Shown here piece by piece: positions 26,753 to 30,265 of a DNA stretch of 30,265 nucleotides. The stretch is from a virus. Lineage: Duplodnaviria > Caudoviricetes. Location of the stretch: positions 1 to 30,265 of IMG/VR virus record IMGVR_UViG_3300025372_000028; one strand, given 5' to 3'. The number at the start of each line of letters is the position of its first letter. Positions within the stretch are counted from its first letter, which is position 1. Both the position numbers and the translations under genes were made by a program. The notes below the pieces were generated by a model. That model was not told the DNA's origin. It saw nothing but the letters and a program-made list of their open reading frames with translations, and did not search any database.

Positions 26753-27366
26753 GTCATTTGACCCATTGGTTGTACGGGCACTGGTTCCGGTGGCGACCAA
26801 TCAAAGTTATGGTCGTTCAGGATGTCCCAAGCCATTTTCATTATATTGGCGACTTCTTCACCTTTTGCAATTCGGCGGCGAATATCCGCGGCCTGTGCAT
26901 CAAGCACCGGACCAATACGATTGACCTTTTTCTTCTTGGCTTTGAACTTTTTAGCTAATTTTTCCAATTTTTTGGCCGAATTTCCGAGCCTTTCACGCTC
27001 GTTTGCTTCAGCCTCGATCTGGTTCTCCAACGTCTTGATCGCATCCCCAAGGATGTCAAAACGCTCGACTTCCAACCCACGGGACTCAATCGTATTCAAA
27101 ATCGTGTTGATTGCGTTGGTCGCAAAATGCAACGCCTGAGAAAACGTGTTGTCAGGCTGGCTTCCACCCACATCGCCAGTTTCATCATAGCGTTTCCGGC
27201 GGTCTTCGTCGCTCAAGCAATCAAACGCCGCCGTCAAAGCACCAAACTGTTCCGCATCTCCGCCACCGTCAGGGTGTGCGGACTTGGCTTTAGCACGATA
27301 TGCCTTCTTGATGTCAGCAGGACTTGCGTCCCGCCCGACACCCAAGACATCGTATAAATCAGACAT
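26743..27366 (-). CDS. J-domain (DnaJ type III-like) protein
   Basis: DLYDVLGV.RDAS.ADIKKAYR..AK..HPD.GG.AEQF..L..AFD.LSD...R..YD is a canonical J domain with HPD, followed by a helical/coiled-coil region. Likely start is MSDLYD at 27366. Confidence 0.92.
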   Translation of the reverse strand: MSDLYDVLGVGRDASPADIKKAYRAKAKSAHPDGGGDAEQFGALTAAFDCLSDEDRRKRYDETGDVGGSQPDNTFSQALHFATNAINTILNTIESRGLEVERFDILGDAIKTLENQIEAEANERERLGNSAKKLEKLAKKFKAKKKKVNRIGPVLDAQAADIRRRIAKGEEVANIMKMAWDILNDHNFDWSPPEPVPVQPMGQMTWR

Positions 27367-27368
27367 GA

Positions 27369-27620
27369 TTAAAGCCCGTTGTTCTCGCGCCAGCCTTTGA
27401 AGGCCCACTGGTCGTCCTCGGACAACTCAAAAATAAATTCACCCTGCTCAGGTTTTGCAACAGGTTTGCTTGGTTCATTATCAACAGGTCTCAGCGACCA
27501 GTCCAATTCCAGATCAAACACTTTGGCAAAATCTTCTACCGTTTCAAGTGTCACTGCACGGTCGTGCCATTTGGAAATGACTTCGCTACACCGCTCGATT
27601 GTTTTTTCAATGTTTGCCAT
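27369..27620 (-). CDS. Hypothetical protein (83 aa)
   Basis: ATG 27620 with GGGAG upstream. Packed between the RHH and J-domain genes. Confidence 0.65.
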   Translation of the reverse strand: MANIEKTIERCSEVISKWHDRAVTLETVEDFAKVFDLELDWSLRPVDNEPSKPVAKPEQGEFIFELSEDDQWAFKGWRENNGL

Positions 27621-27789
27621 CTTGCTTCTCCCGATCAAGACCAACTTCAATAAAACGCCGTGCCGCTTCAGTGTACGAGACCTGAACCGTCACGGCGTAA
27701 CTTTTCAATCTATCTAAAAGATTTGAAGATACCGGAACAGTTACCTTTTCCCGTTTGGCGTCTTCTTTCTTTACATAGATACGAGGCAT
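27607..27789 (-). CDS. Ribbon-helix-helix DNA-binding protein (60 aa)
   Basis: KVTVPV strand, SNLLDRLKSYA helix and SYTEAARRFIEVGL helix form the CopG/Arc pattern. TAATG coupling to the upstream gene. Confidence 0.7.
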   Translation of the reverse strand: MPRIYVKKEDAKREKVTVPVSSNLLDRLKSYAVTVQVSYTEAARRFIEVGLDREKQDGKH

Positions 27790-27935
27790 TACTTCTTCTT
27801 TTTCTTTTTAGGTGGATGTGCGAAGTCACCTAGATTGGCAATACGATTGACAGAAGAAGGTGCTTTCTTTTCAACCTTGCTGGTTTCTCTCAGCTTGGTT
27901 GCCATGTCTTCCGGGGTTGACGAACGTTTCGCCAT
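27789..27935 (-). CDS. Lys-rich microprotein (48 aa), MAKRSSTPED...NLGDFAHPPKKKKKK
   Basis: Hand translation. The ATG lies 1 nt after the previous stop, and its own stop overlaps the RHH start. Confidence 0.7.
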   Translation of the reverse strand: MAKRSSTPEDMATKLRETSKVEKKAPSSVNRIANLGDFAHPPKKKKKK

Positions 27936-27936
27936 T

Positions 27937-28074
27937 TTATTTACCCTTTTTCTTCGCAGTCCGTTGCGTCTCTTTTGCTATCGCAACGGCCTGTTTCTGT
28001 GGCTTACCTTCTTTAACCATCCGGCGAATGTTTTCACCGACGGCCTTTTCTGAAGATGATTTTTTCAAAGGCAT
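27937..28074 (-). CDS. Lys-rich microprotein (45 aa), MPLKKSSSEKAVGENIRRMVKEGKPQKQAVAIAKETQRTAKKKGK
   Basis: Hand translation. The MPLKK...NI.....EG.PQKQAVAIA pattern is a small basic protein family often seen near phage packaging genes. Tight spacing with its neighbours. Confidence 0.8.
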   Translation of the reverse strand: MPLKKSSSEKAVGENIRRMVKEGKPQKQAVAIAKETQRTAKKKGK

Positions 28075-28075
28075 A

Positions 28076-28204
28076 TTACTTACCTTTTTTAGCCGCAGAG
28101 ATTGCGTCTTTCAAAGACTTGCCTTCTTTCATTGCTTTGTTGGCAGCGGAAGAAACGTTCTTTTTGGATGCCGCGGATGCAGCTTTCTTTGGGGTTATAG
28201 CCAT
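28076..28204 (-). CDS. Lys/Ala-rich microprotein (42 aa), MAITPKKAASAASKKNVSSAANKAMKEGKSLKDAISAAKKGK
   Basis: GAGGAG lies 6 nt before ATG 28204. The longer 104-aa version in the ORF track is an upstream over-extension. Confidence 0.75.
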   Translation of the reverse strand: MAITPKKAASAASKKNVSSAANKAMKEGKSLKDAISAAKKGK

Positions 28205-28214
28205 TTTTATCTCC

Positions 28215-28538
28215 TCAAGGGGTTCTGCGACGGCGGGGTTTGTCGATGCTGTCGTCAAAGAGGCTTTCGGGTTTTGGCTCATCCTCAATAGGCTCAATAA
28301 CTTTTTCAACATCTGGAACTCCGACGGGTTCAGGTTGTACCGGTTCAATTGCGGTAGGCGAGCGATGCTTTGCCAACGTTGACTGTACACAATTTCCCAC
28401 CATTGCGACAGCGGCTCTATATGCCGAAATGGTGTGCTTTGTACGGTTGTCAGTCGGGATGTCCCACACCGCTCGCTCTGCCGCTTTCTTCAACTCCCCA
28501 GCAAGGTCGTCTAAGAAACTTTGAAACTGTTGATCCAT
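28215..28538 (-). CDS. Hypothetical protein (107 aa)
   Basis: AAGGAG lies 5 nt before ATG 28538 (MDQQFQ). Helical N-terminus, Pro/Glu-rich tail ending PRRRRTP. Confidence 0.7.
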   Translation of the reverse strand: MDQQFQSFLDDLAGELKKAAERAVWDIPTDNRTKHTISAYRAAVAMVGNCVQSTLAKHRSPTAIEPVQPEPVGVPDVEKVIEPIEDEPKPESLFDDSIDKPRRRRTP

Positions 28539-28575
28539 GGTGTCTCCTTGATCTGATTCGATAGTATCAGATGGT

Positions 28576-28731
28576 TTATAAGCTGACAAGCTGTCCGCAG
28601 TCGCAGTGCCACATCAGAACACTGTAATAATTATGAGGCCGTCCAAGGTCAGCAACAATCATCCAGCCCTGTTGATGGTATTCATCGACCCTAGAATGGA
28701 TTACATATTTAAACAATCCGGTTCTTATCAC
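28576..28731 (-). CDS. Hypothetical small protein (51 aa, GTG start uncertain)
   Basis: Globular-looking sequence FKYV.H..VDEY...GW...LG.PH..YSVLMW.CDC. It is the first ORF after a putative promoter. Confidence 0.55.
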   Translation of the reverse strand: MIRTGLFKYVIHSRVDEYHQQGWMIVADLGRPHNYYSVLMWHCDCGQLVSL

Positions 28732-28765
28732 GGCGCTTTCCCAAGCTAACTTATTGATATTGCTT

Positions 28766-28794
28766 GTCTTAAACGGGCAAGGACAACCTGTCAA
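28766..28794 (-). promoter_or_regulatory. Putative sigma70-like promoter for the packaging operon
   Basis: Minus strand TTGACA (28794-28789), 17-nt spacer, TAAGAC (lacks the -7 T), with an A/T tract upstream. Confidence 0.4.
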
Positions 28795-29037
28795 CATCAA
28801 AAAATTTTTTGGGGGGCGGAGCAAGGGTGGCGCCGGAAAAATTTTTGGACGAGTCCATTCACTTTTACAGGATTTCTTTTTGAATCTGAGAGGGACGCCC
28901 TAGCCCCTAACCGGAGCGCCGTAGGCGCGACCTGTACAGAGCTATGGCTATACGGAGTCGCGAGCGATAGCGAGCCACTAACAAAGCTACGGCGTTAGCT
29001 CTGAGCGAGCGAAGCGAGCGAAAAAATTTTTTTTAAG

Positions 29038-29118
29038 GCGCAACGGTGCGCAACGGTGCGCAACGGTGCGGCGCAACGGTGCAGCGGCGCAACGGTGCGC
29101 AACGGTCGGCGCAACGGT
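29038..29118. repeat. Seven perfect copies of the 10-mer gcgcaacggt (iteron-like)
   Basis: Copies at 29038, 29048, 29058, 29071, 29087, 29097 and 29109, flanked by A/T tracts. Confidence 0.95.
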
Positions 29119-29359
29119 TGCCGCGAGTCGATTTTTTTTGAAGGGCTGATTTTTTAGAAGGTGATTGGCGGCTGCGCGGTCGATTTCATCGCCGGATTTT
29201 TGCAGCTGATCGCCGGATCGGTGCATCGGCGTTGCAGCTGGTGCGGTCGGTCACGGATTCAATTTTTGCGCGGGTGCGGTGTGACGGTGTGACGGGTTTG
29301 CGGTTGGTTTAGACAAAAAATTTTTGTGGCAAGGTTTTTGCCGCAAGCAATTGCTCGCG

Positions 29360-29818
29360 TTACGTCCAGCCGTCGAGGCGTGGGGCTGTCGGTCGGGCTG
29401 CTGTCGTGCGTTCGCGTTTGGGTGCCGTGATTGCAAGGGCTGCGTCGGCTGGTGGTCGTGGTGGTTTGTTTGATAGTGCGCGGAGTCGTTGGGTTACTCT
29501 GCCTTTTTCACCTATTGCGGCGACTGCTGCGCGGCGTTGTTTGTAATGTTTGTCGGCTGCCTCCAGCTGGGGCGCAAGGTCTTGAAAAACTGATAGAATA
29601 TCTTTTTTATGTTCTGTCCATGTCGAGCGGTGGCAACGCATGATTCCGCGCAGATTGTCGCCGTCTTTTGGGATCGGTCTGCAATCGGTCAATATAAAAT
29701 GGAATATCAAGCGGCAAAGCATGCCGAATCCGGCTGCTGGTAGGGTCATCGCAAGCGGATGATGGGCTAGTATTTCCAGAGCAAAGGGTGGAATCCGGCG
29801 TTTTTCTGGTTTTGTCAT
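29360..29818 (-). CDS. DUF1376/YdaU-like replication-associated wHTH protein (152 aa)
   Basis: LPAAGFGMLCRLIFHF...PIPKDGDNLRGIMRC..STW...K resembles the YdaU pattern L...e.GaY..Ll..yw....lP.Dd..La.i.r.....W. Confidence 0.6.
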   Translation of the reverse strand: MTKPEKRRIPPFALEILAHHPLAMTLPAAGFGMLCRLIFHFILTDCRPIPKDGDNLRGIMRCHRSTWTEHKKDILSVFQDLAPQLEAADKHYKQRRAAVAAIGEKGRVTQRLRALSNKPPRPPADAALAITAPKRERTTAARPTAPRLDGWT

Positions 29819-29964
29819 GCTGTTAAAATAGCGCAATTGTTTGATTTTTCAATTTACCGCGTGTGCAATTATTTTGTTTTAACGTCTTACGTTATTGATA
29901 ATTTAAGAATCTTGGTGCAATGTTGGCGGGTCGGGATGTTCCGGCACAGGACAAGGAGTCAAAA

Positions 29965-30060
29965 ATGAAAATCTTAAAAATTGTTTTAGGTGATTTGGTC
30001 GAGCTTGTTTGCTTAACATTGTTTCTCGGCGCAATATTCGCGCTTTCGTTGGCAATATAG
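29965..30060 (+). CDS. Single-pass membrane micropeptide (31 aa), MKILKIVLGDLVELVCLTLFLGAIFALSLAI
   Basis: AAGGAG lies 6 nt before the ATG. The C-terminal 20 residues are almost all hydrophobic. Confidence 0.65.
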   Translation: MKILKIVLGDLVELVCLTLFLGAIFALSLAI

Positions 30061-30075
30061 GACAAGGAGTCTTTC

Positions 30076-30265
30076 ATGTTTAACGTGCTTAGTCTTTCAA
30101 CGGGTGAATTTTTAAAAAACGGTGATGGATCGATTCGGATATTTGAGTCGGGTGAATTGGCGGCAACGATTGCGGCGGGTTATTCGGAGTCGATGGGTCA
30201 AAAATTTCAGGTGCGGCGGGCCGTTGTTCGGCAAATCGAAGAGTCGGACTGGCGCAAGCGTGAAC
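30076..30265 (+). CDS. Hypothetical protein, truncated by window edge (MFNVLSLSTGEFLKNGDGSIRIFESGELAA...)
   Basis: AAGGAG lies 6 nt before the ATG and the frame is open to the end of the window. Confidence 0.7.
   Translation, partial: MFNVLSLSTGEFLKNGDGSIRIFESGELAATIAAGYSESMGQKFQVRRAVVRQIEESDWRKRE

Larger units (their letters stand above)
1..30265. mobile_element. Tailed dsDNA phage/prophage segment (podovirus-like packaging, head and short-tail module)
   Basis: Terminase large subunit, portal, scaffold, capsid, adaptor, nozzle, ejection proteins and fibres occur in typical order. No host housekeeping genes and no integrase or att site are visible, so free phage versus prophage cannot be decided. 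Confidence 0.96.

Noticed and set aside
27835-28564. Plus-strand hydrophobic ORFs (72-143 aa)
   Set aside because: Phe/Leu richness is the antisense reading of the Lys-rich minus-strand microprotein genes, which have proper RBSs and coupling.
29038-29118. Possible CRISPR array or the 79-aa ORF 28987-29226
   Set aside because: The repeats are 10 bp with 0-6 bp gaps, so there are no spacers, and no cas genes are present. The ORF is just the translated repeat.

Overview
The whole window is a segment of a tailed dsDNA phage (or prophage) genome with podovirus-like morphogenesis genes. No tape-measure, tube or sheath gene is recognisable, and three large ejection-type proteins are present. Reading the minus strand from right to left: DUF1376/YdaU-like protein, a structured non-coding region with 10-bp iterons, small Lys-rich proteins, an RHH protein, a J-domain (DnaJ-like) protein overlapping the terminase large subunit, a zinc-ribbon protein, then scaffold, major capsid, decoration-like protein, head-tail adaptor, tail nozzle, GNAT, internal virion proteins, a GH108-type lysozyme, a holin-like membrane protein, a long tail fibre and a LamG-type adhesin cut by the left edge. 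Two things stand out. First, the portal gene sits at its normal position but on the opposite strand, closed by a bidirectional terminator. Second, the apparently intergenic gap between portal and the capsid operon holds a promoter, a 5' hairpin, a terminator and three 11-21 aa Arg/Lys-rich micro-ORFs, each with its own AGGAG ribosome-binding site. A second trio of 42-48 aa Lys-rich microproteins lies upstream of the terminase. All product calls come from motif recognition and synteny by eye; no database search was run.
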